A stretch of DNA of 64,000 nt from Marsupella aquatica (Eukaryota > Plantae > Marchantiophyta): NCBI GenBank assembly GCA_973895155.1, contig OZ316895.1:18237880-18301879 (forward strand), read 5' to 3'. Each line of letters begins with the position of its first letter. Positions within the stretch are counted from its first letter, which is position 1. Positions 23,616-33,911 of the stretch are shown here, piece by piece. Made by a program: the position numbers and the translations under genes. Below the pieces are notes generated by a model, which was not told where the DNA came from, searched no databases, and saw only the letters and a program-made list of their open reading frames with translations.

Positions 23616-26588
23616 CAATTAACTTTATCATCGGAAGTGGGCCCAGCAGCAGACGAACCTCCTAATACTGAGGCTAATAGGGATTTACACCATGATATGG
23701 GAGTGTCAGCTACCCTTGAGCCATTTGCACCAGAAGTATCCAAACTTGGACTTCAGCCGGCAAACCTCACGGATGGAATTGTGGATCCAAAAGCTTGTCA
23801 GAAAATCGAAATTGAGCCAGGCAAGTTTTTGAATATTGGTAAGCATATCGAAGGAGAGCTACGGGAACAGTATATCAGTTTATTAACCCAGTATAAAGAT
23901 GTCTTTGCCTGGAGTCATTCTGATTTAAAAGGTATCCATCCACATTTGGGCGAACATCGTATTGACCTTATGGAAGGAGCAGTACCTGTCCGACAGAGAC
24001 AGTACCGTTTGAATCCCAAATATTCCATCCTGGTTAAAGACGAGTTGGACAAGCTCACGACTGCTGGATTTATCTACCCGGTCTTGAGTAGTGAATGGGT
24101 CTCACCAATTGTCATTGTCCCCAAAAAGCCGGGACCCGATGGTAAAACGAAAATTCGCGTTTGTCAAGACTTCCGGAAGTTGAATGCTGCCACTCGGAAA
24201 GATCATTATCCTTTGCCATTTATTGATCTGGTACTTGATTCAGTGGCCTTGCATGAGTTATACAGTTTTTTAGATGGGTACTCTGGTTATAACCAGGTGT
24301 CCATTCGGAAGGAGGATCGCGACAAGACTACGTTCACCACCGACTGGGGTACATATGCATTTACCATGATGCCTTTTGGGCTGTGTAATGCCCCGGGTAC
24401 TTTTCAGCGCATTATGATGATTATTTTTCAAGAATATTTGCGGCATTTCATGGAGATTTTTATTGACGACTTTTGTGTTTACGGGTCAGCGGCTGAACAC
24501 CTCGTCCATTTGGAGAAGACATTTCAGAAGTGTAGAGAGGCTCAGTTGTGTCTTCATCCAGAAAAGTGCTTTATTGGTATGAAGGAGGGAATTTTGTTAG
24601 GCCATGTTATTTCACAACGCGGCATTGAGGTTGATACAGAGAAGGTTAGAGTAATTATGGAGTTGCAACCACCGACCGATTTAAAGCAGCTTCGTGCTTT
24701 TCTGGGACATGTGGGGTATTATCGTCGGTTCATTTATAAACATGCTAATATTGCCTTACCCTTAACCCAACTGTTAAAAAGTGATGTGGAATATACATGG
24801 AATGAGGAGCGGCAGCAAGCATTCCAGTTGCTCAAGGATCGGTTAATCTCTGCACCTATTTTGTCACCCCCAGATTGGACTAAGAAGTTTCATGTCTTCA
24901 TTGACTCTTCTGCGTTCTGCATTGGAGCTAATCTCAGTCAGAAGGATGTGGAAAACCGTGACCATCCAATTTACTATGCCAGCCGCCAAATGAGTGCAGC
25001 CGAGAAAAACTACTCCGTCACTGAACGGGAAGCTTTGGCCATCGTCTTTGCGTGTAAGAAATTTCGTCACTATTTGTTGGGGTATCAGGTTACTTTTCAC
25101 ACTGATCATAATTCCTTAAAATATTTGGTTAACCAAGTGGATCTCTCAGGACGAGTAGCCCGCTGGGTTTTACTACTCCAAGAATTTGATTATGAAGTTC
25201 ATGTCCGACCTGGCAAACATCATGAGAATGCAGACTTCCTATCTCGGTTACCTGGTCCGGAGAATCAGCATAATCTCTCCGATGAATTTCCTGACGAGCA
25301 TTTGTGGCACATTGAAGGGGAGTCTTCTCGATATTTTAATATTGTGCACATGCTGCTTCATGGAACGTTCCCTGAAGGCTTTAATGCGGAAGAACGAGCT
25401 GTCTTTGCTCATAAGGTGGGTCCCTATACCATTATTCGGGGCACTTTGTTTAAACAAGGTCCTGATCAACAATTGCGACGTTGTCTAGAGGATAGGGAAC
25501 TTCCCCAAGTAATTGAAGCTTTACATTCAGGAGAAACCGGTGGGCATTATGCAGTGAATACCACAGTTAAGAAAATTTTGGATGCTGGATACTGGTGGCC
25601 TACTATGCATCGAGATACTTACAATTTTATTAAGACCTGTGATCCCTGTCAAAGGATCGGGAAGCCCACTGCTAGTTCCAAATGGCCTCTTACGCCTATC
25701 CTTCCGTTGGCACCATTTGAGAAATGGGGGATTGATTTTATTGGCCCAATTTCTCCAGCAGCTCGGAAAAGCCGAAGCAAATATATTATTCTGGCCACTG
25801 ATTATGCCACCAAATGGGTAGAGGCGAAAGCTACTCGCAAGAATGATGCTATAACCGCAGCTGCATTTCTCTTTGAGCACATTATCACCCGGTTTGGTTG
25901 TCCTTTGGAGTTGGTAAGCGATAGGGGTTTGCATTTTCTTAACTCAACTATTGAGTTAATCACTGACCTTTATCTTATCAAGCATCGCAAAACTACTCCT
26001 TACAACCCCCGAGCTAATGGCTTAACCGAGAGAGCTAATGGCATTATGGGCAAGATTCTGAATAAAATGGTAGAATCTCACAAGACAGATTGGGATGTGA
26101 AGCTCCATTCTGCATTATGGGCTTACCGCACCGCTGAGAAGATTACAACTCTTCACACCCCCTTCTATCTGACCTATGGCCTGAATAGTATTATTCCAAT
26201 AGAATTTTCGTTACCAACGGAACGTATCTTGGTACCACACCGACTCTCTCCTTCAGATAGTCTCTCACATCGGTTTTCCAATATTGTTAAATTAGAAGAA
26301 GTTAGACTTTTAGCATTAGACCATACAGTCACCATTCAGAACCAGCGTAAACTTGCTTATGATAAGAAGCTGCGCGTAGTGCAGTTAGATGTTGGTGATT
26401 TAGCATTAGTCTTTGATTCTCGTTATATGCTATTTCCTGGGAAACTTCATACTCATTGGATTGGTCCTTACCGAGTTACACACATCTGGGATAATGGTTC
26501 AGTTTCATTGACTACCTTAGATGGTCACCCACTTAACACTAGAATCAATGGGTTTAGGATTAAACGGTACTATGAGTCTTCCATTTAG
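23616..26588 (+). CDS. pol: Element B pol: RT, RNase H and integrase; intact and in frame with the upstream TGA
   Basis: RT: LDGYSGYNQ, MPFGLCNAP, FIDDF. RNase H: FIDSS, TEREAL, TDH. Integrase: HHCC, WGIDF, SDRG, ERAN, GPY. Confidence 0.96.
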   Translation, partial: QLTLSSEVGPAADEPPNTEANRDLHHDMGVSATLEPFAPEVSKLGLQPANLTDGIVDPKACQKIEIEPGKFLNIGKHIEGELREQYISLLTQYKDVFAWSHSDLKGIHPHLGEHRIDLMEGAVPVRQRQYRLNPKYSILVKDELDKLTTAGFIYPVLSSEWVSPIVIVPKKPGPDGKTKIRVCQDFRKLNAATRKDHYPLPFIDLVLDSVALHELYSFLDGYSGYNQVSIRKEDRDKTTFTTDWGTYAFTMMPFGLCNAPGTFQRIMMIIFQEYLRHFMEIFIDDFCVYGSAAEHLVHLEKTFQKCREAQLCLHPEKCFIGMKEGILLGHVISQRGIEVDTEKVRVIMELQPPTDLKQLRAFLGHVGYYRRFIYKHANIALPLTQLLKSDVEYTWNEERQQAFQLLKDRLISAPILSPPDWTKKFHVFIDSSAFCIGANLSQKDVENRDHPIYYASRQMSAAEKNYSVTEREALAIVFACKKFRHYLLGYQVTFHTDHNSLKYLVNQVDLSGRVARWVLLLQEFDYEVHVRPGKHHENADFLSRLPGPENQHNLSDEFPDEHLWHIEGESSRYFNIVHMLLHGTFPEGFNAEERAVFAHKVGPYTIIRGTLFKQGPDQQLRRCLEDRELPQVIEALHSGETGGHYAVNTTVKKILDAGYWWPTMHRDTYNFIKTCDPCQRIGKPTASSKWPLTPILPLAPFEKWGIDFIGPISPAARKSRSKYIILATDYATKWVEAKATRKNDAITAAAFLFEHIITRFGCPLELVSDRGLHFLNSTIELITDLYLIKHRKTTPYNPRANGLTERANGIMGKILNKMVESHKTDWDVKLHSALWAYRTAEKITTLHTPFYLTYGLNSIIPIEFSLPTERILVPHRLSPSDSLSHRFSNIVKLEEVRLLALDHTVTIQNQRKLAYDKKLRVVQLDVGDLALVFDSRYMLFPGKLHTHWIGPYRVTHIWDNGSVSLTTLDGHPLNTRINGFRIKRYYESSI

Positions 26589-26610
26589 AATTCCACCTGG
26601 GACAGGTTGC

Positions 26611-26626
26611 AATTTAAGTGGAGGGC
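26611..26626 (+). promoter_or_regulatory. Internal duplicate polypurine tract after pol
   Basis: AATTTAAGTGGAGGGC, identical to 29755-29770. Confidence 0.75.
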
Positions 26627-26971
26627 GGTAGTTATACTTAGTTAGAATTAGTGACCCTCCCTAGTAAGTATTCGGCATATTTTTTTAATTTTTTTTAGTT
26701 ACTTTCAGTTTTTACATTGGACGCTGTGAAAAGCGTCCATTGTAACTCGACACTGGGGAAGCGTCCACTTAGTTTACAAAGGACGTTGTGCAGAGGTCCG
26801 CTTTTGTATTAGTTCAGTTGCATGAGACGCTGTGAGCCGATGACTAGGCATCTTGTACAATGGCGGATTGCGACAGCTCAACGGGACGCTGAGGAGTAAG
26901 CAGTCGCGCTTCGCCCTAGTTCACTATGGAACACGATTCTCACTGAGCTTACGGAGCTAACAAGTCACGCG

Positions 26972-29206
26972 ATGGCGGAGACTGAGCTGACGACGCGACC
27001 AATACTCGCAGACATTCCATCGAATGCAGTGCATAGGCGGCAGTTGAAGACGGCTCTGGCAAAAATGGGCTTGAAGAAGCTGCTTCAACTTCCTTGGAAG
27101 ATTTGCGAATTCAGCCTTATCGATCAAGGTGTCTGGGACGCTGAAGAAAGGATTGGTGTGCGCTCGCGTCCCAGTGTTTGGACTGAAGCGCTCATAGCGA
27201 AGGTCTATTCGACGCCGATGGAGGGCGAGGATTTACAGAGGGTTGATTGTGAGCCTCGGGTTTATGTAGAATCCTTCTTCGCTCCAGGATCTTTCAAGAG
27301 GCGGAATGGATGGCTAGCGGCGGACTGCTTAGATAATTCTCTGCAGCGTCTATTTCGATTTCTGGCACCAATTTTCTACCCAGAAAGCCAGACGCGCATC
27401 ACTCTTTCGTTCGCTGCAACGGTGATCTGTTCATTAGAACAGACGCAGTCTATCAATTGGACGAAGGTTTTGCACCGAGTAATTCATACTCAGGTCAAAA
27501 ATTTTCGTAGCAGGCTGAAAACGGGGAAAATAAGGTGTACCTACTTGGCCCCTTATTTAGCTCACATTTACCATAAGTATGACTGTCTGCTTGTCTTGGA
27601 AAAAGATTTTTATCGCAACAATCAGAGAGCATCTACCGGTGAAGCAAATTATATGCCTGAAGTACGAGAAGTCCGAGCCAATTCCACAGTGGTAGAGCTA
27701 TGTGCAATACTCGACTGTGAGGAACCTGAACTGGTGGGTGAAGTTCGGAAATTGAAAGAGACAAGAGCATCAGCTGAAGGGAGTGACGATCCGATTCTTC
27801 ACCAACCAAGAGAGGCTCAAGTTGCCGAAGATGTTCCTTCAGCAATGCCAACAGGGTTGGAGCATTCTATGTCACCTCGACTCTCGTGTTCACCTTGTGC
27901 TGCCGAGCCTATTTATGATGTTGATCAGGATAATTCTGCTTCTCGGATGAATGTTGAAGATGAGGTGAGGGTGGATGAAGAAGGTTTTTCAGGGGAACCT
28001 CTTCAACATTCTACTGCTGAGGACGAGTATGATGGATTTACTTCTACCCCTGTTTTGGTTCCCATAGAGGCAAATAGTGATGCTTTGCAGGCTTTACAGG
28101 AGTATGATTCGTCCGACTCTCTTAGTTCTAGCCCAAATATAGGTGAAATCCCTCTGGTCCAGGAGTCAGAAATATTAAGCTCAGCACCAGTTTCATTGGC
28201 TACAAACGAGGATAAAAACATTCGGGAGGAGTTTTCAGTGACGTATACTCGAAAATCTTGGAAACGGTTGCGCCATGCTATCAGTCGACAGATCTTTCCT
28301 GAAGCATCTTCCCAGGATTTTGAACAGGGAGAAGCACCTGTCGGAACAGACGAGCTACCCCTTCCTGTACTTTTGACAGATCGAACTAACCAGGAAGTCT
28401 CTTTACCTAGCGATAATTTTAAAGAAGAACTTCCTGTTTTAGTACCAATGCATCCCATTGCAGATCAACCAGCTACTGTTGCAAGAGAAGAATTTGAACC
28501 ATTGGAGCCCGAACCTTCTGCTCCTTCGTCTCCTGTTACATTGCCAATTCGACCAGTTAAGGAGTCAGTGATTCCTTCCGCTATGCCAGATGTAATTTTC
28601 CGTTGGATAGGAGCACCAAGTGATGGAGAAGAAGACGAAGACCCTCGCATTATCAGAGTACCTCCTCGACTTCGGCATACAGTGGATTTGCCACCCCGAA
28701 ATCCTATCCCTAATTTGGCTTCAATTCACAGGTGGGAGAAGAAACATTTTCGAGTAGCTTTTCGACATCTGGAGATGGAGAGCATTTTGCAGCAGCAGCA
28801 GATTTTGCCAATGACATCCCATCCGAGGATTCGTAGTTTGATTCGCACATATGAACCTGGGAAGGCGGTTCCTCCCATTGATAAGGACAGACGACATAAG
28901 TTTTCGGAGTTCGAAATTTGGTGTTGGGTGTATATGCTTCGACGAGCTCAAGCTCCATTTCCGCCCCTTGTGCCGGAAATTCCATGGCCCTATCCATACT
29001 ATGTTTGGGTTTGTCCTGGTGGGTTTGCTATTCCAATTAAATATGAGAAGAAGCTTGTTAAGCTAAGGGAGCAGTTGATTACAAAACAATGTATGCTACC
29101 GGCTTCCCAAGGGTTCAAGTCGCTTAGGTGTTTAGCGTTCCTACCTATTATTCCTTCTTATCCGGATGTGATTATTCAAGGTGTTTTATCTAGGACACAG
29201 ATTTGA
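26972..29206 (+). CDS. Element B additional ORF (744 aa): plant-transposon accessory-type N-terminal domain with acidic and Pro-rich tail
   Basis: Intact sense ORF between pol and the 3' LTR. Shares the GL...LPW, T..IA.V...P and NG(W/F)...C pattern with the family A LTR protein. Confidence 0.8.
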   Translation: MAETELTTRPILADIPSNAVHRRQLKTALAKMGLKKLLQLPWKICEFSLIDQGVWDAEERIGVRSRPSVWTEALIAKVYSTPMEGEDLQRVDCEPRVYVESFFAPGSFKRRNGWLAADCLDNSLQRLFRFLAPIFYPESQTRITLSFAATVICSLEQTQSINWTKVLHRVIHTQVKNFRSRLKTGKIRCTYLAPYLAHIYHKYDCLLVLEKDFYRNNQRASTGEANYMPEVREVRANSTVVELCAILDCEEPELVGEVRKLKETRASAEGSDDPILHQPREAQVAEDVPSAMPTGLEHSMSPRLSCSPCAAEPIYDVDQDNSASRMNVEDEVRVDEEGFSGEPLQHSTAEDEYDGFTSTPVLVPIEANSDALQALQEYDSSDSLSSSPNIGEIPLVQESEILSSAPVSLATNEDKNIREEFSVTYTRKSWKRLRHAISRQIFPEASSQDFEQGEAPVGTDELPLPVLLTDRTNQEVSLPSDNFKEELPVLVPMHPIADQPATVAREEFEPLEPEPSAPSSPVTLPIRPVKESVIPSAMPDVIFRWIGAPSDGEEDEDPRIIRVPPRLRHTVDLPPRNPIPNLASIHRWEKKHFRVAFRHLEMESILQQQQILPMTSHPRIRSLIRTYEPGKAVPPIDKDRRHKFSEFEIWCWVYMLRRAQAPFPPLVPEIPWPYPYYVWVCPGGFAIPIKYEKKLVKLREQLITKQCMLPASQGFKSLRCLAFLPIIPSYPDVIIQGVLSRTQI

Positions 29207-29218
29207 AGAACACCATTT

Positions 29219-29695
29219 ATGAGAGATATCAAACGGTGTTGTCATTTATATGTATATAAGCCGTTACTTTTGCAGCATCCTGCAATTGTTTCCTTCTTTC
29301 TCCTTCGAATTGATATTTATCTGCTCATGTGGGACATCAAAGCTACTATGGATTGTTGGAATTCTTTACCCCGTGCTTTCCAACATTCCTTTGAAGGCAA
29401 GATCAAACTGGGAGGACATGCTATTCAACACTTTGTTATTGATCCAGGCTCTCGAATTAATTTCCTCTCCCACAGACTGTGCCAGCAATTTGTTCATCAA
29501 GAAGTACAACCGATATCTGCTCAGATATCAATCGATGGACGAATCATTAATCTTTGGGGAAGAGTTAAAGGAGTCCCAATACAGATCGGAGAAGAATTCC
29601 ATGACCTCGATTTTTATATTCTGGATTCGGATATCTCCCAACTCCCGTCAATGATTTTGAGCACTACTTGGATTATTAAGCCAGAATATTATTAA
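29219..29695 (+). CDS. Second retropepsin-like (aspartic protease fold) ORF of element B
   Basis: FVIDPGSRINFLS...GRVKGVPIQIGE...LDFYILD...MILSTTWI parallels the element's own protease. Confidence 0.65.
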   Translation: MRDIKRCCHLYVYKPLLLQHPAIVSFFLLRIDIYLLMWDIKATMDCWNSLPRAFQHSFEGKIKLGGHAIQHFVIDPGSRINFLSHRLCQQFVHQEVQPISAQISIDGRIINLWGRVKGVPIQIGEEFHDLDFYILDSDISQLPSMILSTTWIIKPEYY

Positions 29696-29754
29696 TGAAG
29701 AACATGTCACTCGCTTCTGATTCAATTCGGTCATGTCTTGTGGGGACACGGCGA

Positions 29755-29770
29755 AATTTAAGTGGAGGGC
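29755..29770 (+). promoter_or_regulatory. Element B polypurine tract
   Basis: AAGTGGAGGGC ends 2 nt before the TG of the 3' LTR. Confidence 0.85.
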
Positions 29771-29772
29771 TA

Positions 29773-31164
29773 TGTGGTATGGGTGTCCCTGCAATTTTTT
29801 CTGGAAACTTGTTTATTTTTAGCATATCACAAGATTTACTTACACTTTAGACACCTTCCGGCCAACATTTACTTGTTCTGGACACTTATAGAAATATTTG
29901 ACATCTCCGGCTTTCCTGACGATTCCTAGTGTACTTTGCCCGACGCTGTGACCAGCGCCCGTTTCTTTTACTCAAGACGCTGCGGAAGCGTCCAACCTCC
30001 TCATGACGCTTTTGGCAGTGCCCGACCGCCACCAAGACTCTATGAGGATTTCGACCGACGCTGTGGAAAGCGTCAGCTTCAACACACGACGCTGTGAGCA
30101 GCGTCCACCCTAGTATTGACGCTGTGAGCAGTGTGAGCAGCGTCCGTTGGTTTTACTTAAGACGCTTCTAGCAGCGTCCAGATTCTCCCGACGCTTCTAG
30201 CAGCGTCCGCTCAACACTTAGTTTTTGAAGTAGATTACTAGTAAAGTAGTATTCTACCACCCTTGTTGAAGTACTTATGCTGTGCTTCTCCCTTGTTTAG
30301 TTTTAAGCTTGGAAAGGCACGACTGTTCTTACCTCCTCCATTTTAGGATTCCAGCACTTATAAGACAGAGTAGAATGCTCATTTGAAGTAGAGAGAAATA
30401 GAGTTAATACTGTATTCAGAATTGAGTCTTCTGAATAGTTTTCTCCTCCTTCCATTGTAACAAGGCATGCTGTGAGTGTTTTGTATGGAAGTAAAGCTAT
30501 ATTGATTGAAGTTAAGATTGAATTCAAGAGATTCCTGTGGTGATTGAATTCAGTTGCAGATTTCTGAAACTCGTATTGAATTCACTGCTAGGCTTGCTTG
30601 CAGAGTCGGGATTCGCTAGCCAATTCAAGAATAGTTAATGATAAATGAGAAGTAAATTCTGATTCTCAGAGTAGTTAGTACTGTTGCTTTGATTCTGGAA
30701 TATGGTTTAGAGTTTGACTGAATTGCGTATCGCTGATGTCAAACCATGTTGACGGCATTTTAAATCATATCATTCATTTGCAATCAGAAAGCTTCTGCTT
30801 CATCAGATTGAGAATTCCATTATCATTAACCTTTGTGTTTTGAAGAGTGAGATGGATGAATTATGAGATAGATTTCATGTCTATACTGAGCCCAAATCCT
30901 TTCTGAAGGAGTGGCAGTAGCAGCTTGTAGTCTCTAAATCCTTACTCATTTCTTCTCTAATTCATAAATCAGAAGTTCAGTTACTTTGTTGTTTGTTTAT
31001 TCGATTTTTTTTTATTGAGAAGTGAAGTCAACATAGAGCTCAAGACTCTAAATCACTCGGAGTGATAAAAGTTATACAATTCATTCTGAAATCTGTTCTT
31101 AAAGGGATCGAAACCCTGGTTTTAGGTGAGGAGAGTCACTTTTGATACTTAGCACTATACGACA
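29773..31164 (+). repeat. Element B 3' LTR
   Basis: Direct repeat of 17951-19342, followed by the TSD ACACG. Confidence 0.96.
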
Positions 31165-32820
31165 ACACGAAATGGCAGCCGGGGGGACATCTTGAACTCT
31201 GTCCGTTGCATTATTAGGAGTATAACTAGGCCCCAGTGCAGGGGCGATGGTAACATGCAGAGGACACAGGGTCGCAGTGAGCTCCTGTGAGTCAGTAATG
31301 CAGCCAGCAGCTCCCAAGGATGGAGGCAGTCCCAGGTGAGCGGTCTCAACCCGAAAGTCATTTTTCTCCTTCTGCAACCCCACAGGGGCCAGCAGCTCAA
31401 CCCCCCAGGGCTCCGGGTGTTCCAAAAGCTGCTCCACCTGAGCAAAATCCTCCACCACCGAGAAGGGAATAACCTCGAGTGGGGGCACATTAGCCTCCCA
31501 AAACCGAGCCCTTGCTTCAGCATTGGCTTCCGCACGAAGCACCTCCTCATGGTCCGCCTCAGAGTGTCTCTCGTCGTCTTTCTCCTCCGGGGGGTCCACA
31601 ACCGTTCTCCGTGCTCCAACAGCCTCCACGTCTTCTTTACAGTTCCTGGCCAGGTGACCTCTTTGGTTGCATCGATAGCAGTGATAAGGAATGTTTTTAA
31701 AAGTTACAGGTTGCCAAATTACAATGTCTTCACGAATCCGAATCTTAACGCTGGCAGGCACTTCTCTATCCGTATCCCAGAGTATGCAGGCCCGATCGTG
31801 AGGGTATGAGCTAAATTCGTGTCCCTGGATATAGTAAAGCAGAGTCCCTAAAGAGCTAGCTATCTTTCTTCTGCAGCCCTCCAATGCCAGGTCACGAAAC
31901 GGGATCTCAATCCATACAGGAAGTTTAGTAAAGTTCTCACATTTTACATCAAATGACGGCTCCCATGGGAAAGTGTAGACAAATCGTCTCTCCATGAACC
32001 AGGGCGCGTAATTGAGAGCTAGATCTCTATGGTCCGGGTTTTCAAAGACAATCATGTAGAAATTCTTCCCTATGAATTTAACTTGTAAGACAGGCCAATT
32101 CTCTTGATTCGTCATCACCTCATCAACCCAAGCTCTGAAGTCAGTGAGGAGCGGCGTTCTTCCGGTAAAGTAACAGATCAGCGCACAATTATAAAGCTGC
32201 CTCACATTCCGTGCTGCTTCCGGTAGGTTCCATTCCACCTCTGTAAACAAACGTTTGTCCAGATCACCCTTTGATCTGATCGCAATTTCACGTAGGATCC
32301 TAATGCAGTCTTCAGGTTCTTCCTCCTCTAGAGATGCAGCTCGCCTCTCCTCATTCTCTCGTGGCCCCGCTCTCCCCTTTGGTGCGCAACCGAAGCCCTC
32401 AGTTGCGCCTCTCCTCTCATTTCCCCAATCCCTGGGCTGAAAAACATCTCTTTTCGTCCCAGTTCCCTCCGTCTCCTCCAGGGTCCTTGGTAGTCTTGTT
32501 CCCCTCTCCGCGTTGAGCTCAGGCCTGGTTTCCATGGCAGGACGCTTAATGTCCATCATATTATCACTCAATGAGTCCCGGGCAGCGGTAGGTGTAGTCA
32601 AGGCCGGGTCAATCCACCCCGAACGCGCATCTTGCGCAGAGAATTCCACAGGAGGTCCCCTGCCCTCACTTTCCAGCACCGGTGTTCGCTCCATTGCTAC
32701 CTCGTTATAAGCACTAGGAGGCGCTTGCATCATCCTCGCAGCTCGTCCACCAGCAAGGCGCCCCCCACGAGAGAATCTACGCCCAGAGGATCCGTAATAG
32801 TCTATCCCCTGATCACCCAT
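31165..32820 (-). pseudogene. LINE-1 ORF1 N-terminal part (DUF4283-type RRM plus CCHC knuckle), interrupted by B
   Basis: FIGKNFYMIVF...PW...LPVWIEIP...CYRCNQRGHLARNC, the typical plant L1 ORF1 pattern. Confidence 0.88.
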
Positions 32821-33911
32821 CTTACTAACTTCTTCTATTAATCGATTGCCGTGTCATCCACTCAGGAAACAAAGAGTCAAAGTCTTCTCTTACTTACCCA
32901 TGATTCAGTCGACAGTCCGCAGCCTCACGCAGCACACAGCGCCCGAATCGCCATTCTTCCCCTCGGCAGCGCTTAGACAATTCTCTTCCTGGTTATTCCT
33001 TACATATCCCAACAATCACAGAAGAAACAGTCTCCCCGACAAGGATGGCATTTTTCCCCACGATCTTCGTGGCTCACCGTGGTACCCCAAAGAGATCCTA
33101 GTGAAAATTGCCACACCTCCTTCAACACTCTGAGGTCGAGCAAAGTAGATTCCAGTACTTCTCCGCAAACACCTTCCTCTTCACCCTCCTTTCTCAAATG
33201 CAATGAGGTCCAACTCCTACGTCCCTCCGCACGACGCACGGTCACCAGAGTGTCCGTCCGCCATTTTTTGCGCAGGCACCCGAAACGCCAGTGCTTGACT
33301 CAGAGCTCCCGCGACCAAAAGATAAAGGGGTCATACGAGAGCCCGCCACTATTTACTGAACCAAATCCCCTCCTCCAACCTCAATCCCGCAGAACCAACA
33401 TCCTCCTGCTAGAATTTACTGTAACAATCCGTCCCCTCCCCTCCCCTCCCCCCAAAACCAAAGCAGAGGATCTCACAGTAAGTCCTTAAGTGTAGACACA
33501 GCCAGAGCCAGAGCCGCTGACTCGATTCAGCTCAGCCATTTCCAATCCTCTTTGACTTCCCGCTATTCTCTCCCCCCGCCAACCTCGTTGTAAAACTGCC
33601 TTCCCATGCTCTGTTCCCACCGCTGCCAAAACTGAGAGCACACAGTGTGCCTTAATACTCAGTCTCGACTTTGATCGCGCTCGTTTGCAGCTATAGCAGT
33701 ACCGATTCCAAACTGTTAACAGCCCCAACAACTTCACTTGAATGCCAACGTAACCTACTTCATGATTCCTCTCGGATATCCAAGGTCCCTCCCGATCCCG
33801 CAGGGATCAAAACAAAACCACAAAAGGGAGAGCACTTCTCAGTTCCGCCAATGCGCTTTCCAAGCTTTCTCCTTAGTTCTTCAGTGGCAAATTATTATTG
33901 AAATCTTCTTC

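Larger units (their letters stand above)
17951..31164 (+). mobile_element. Element B: full-length Athila-like non-chromovirus Ty3/gypsy LTR retrotransposon
   Basis: Two 1392-bp TG...CA LTRs; TSD ACACG (17946-17950, 31165-31169); tRNA-Asp PBS; order gag-PR-RT-RH-INT; no chromodomain; extra 3' ORFs; PPT. Confidence 0.96.
13248..33894 (-). mobile_element. LINE-1: apparently full-length L1-clade non-LTR retrotransposon, interrupted by element B
   Basis: 17-bp TSD TTATTGAAATCTTCTTC at 13231-13247 and 33895-33911; ORF1 plus ORF2 with a ~1 kb 5' UTR. Confidence 0.9.

Noticed and set aside
26972-29206. Calling the extra ORF an envelope protein
   Set aside because: No signal peptide or clear transmembrane segment is visible; position alone is insufficient.
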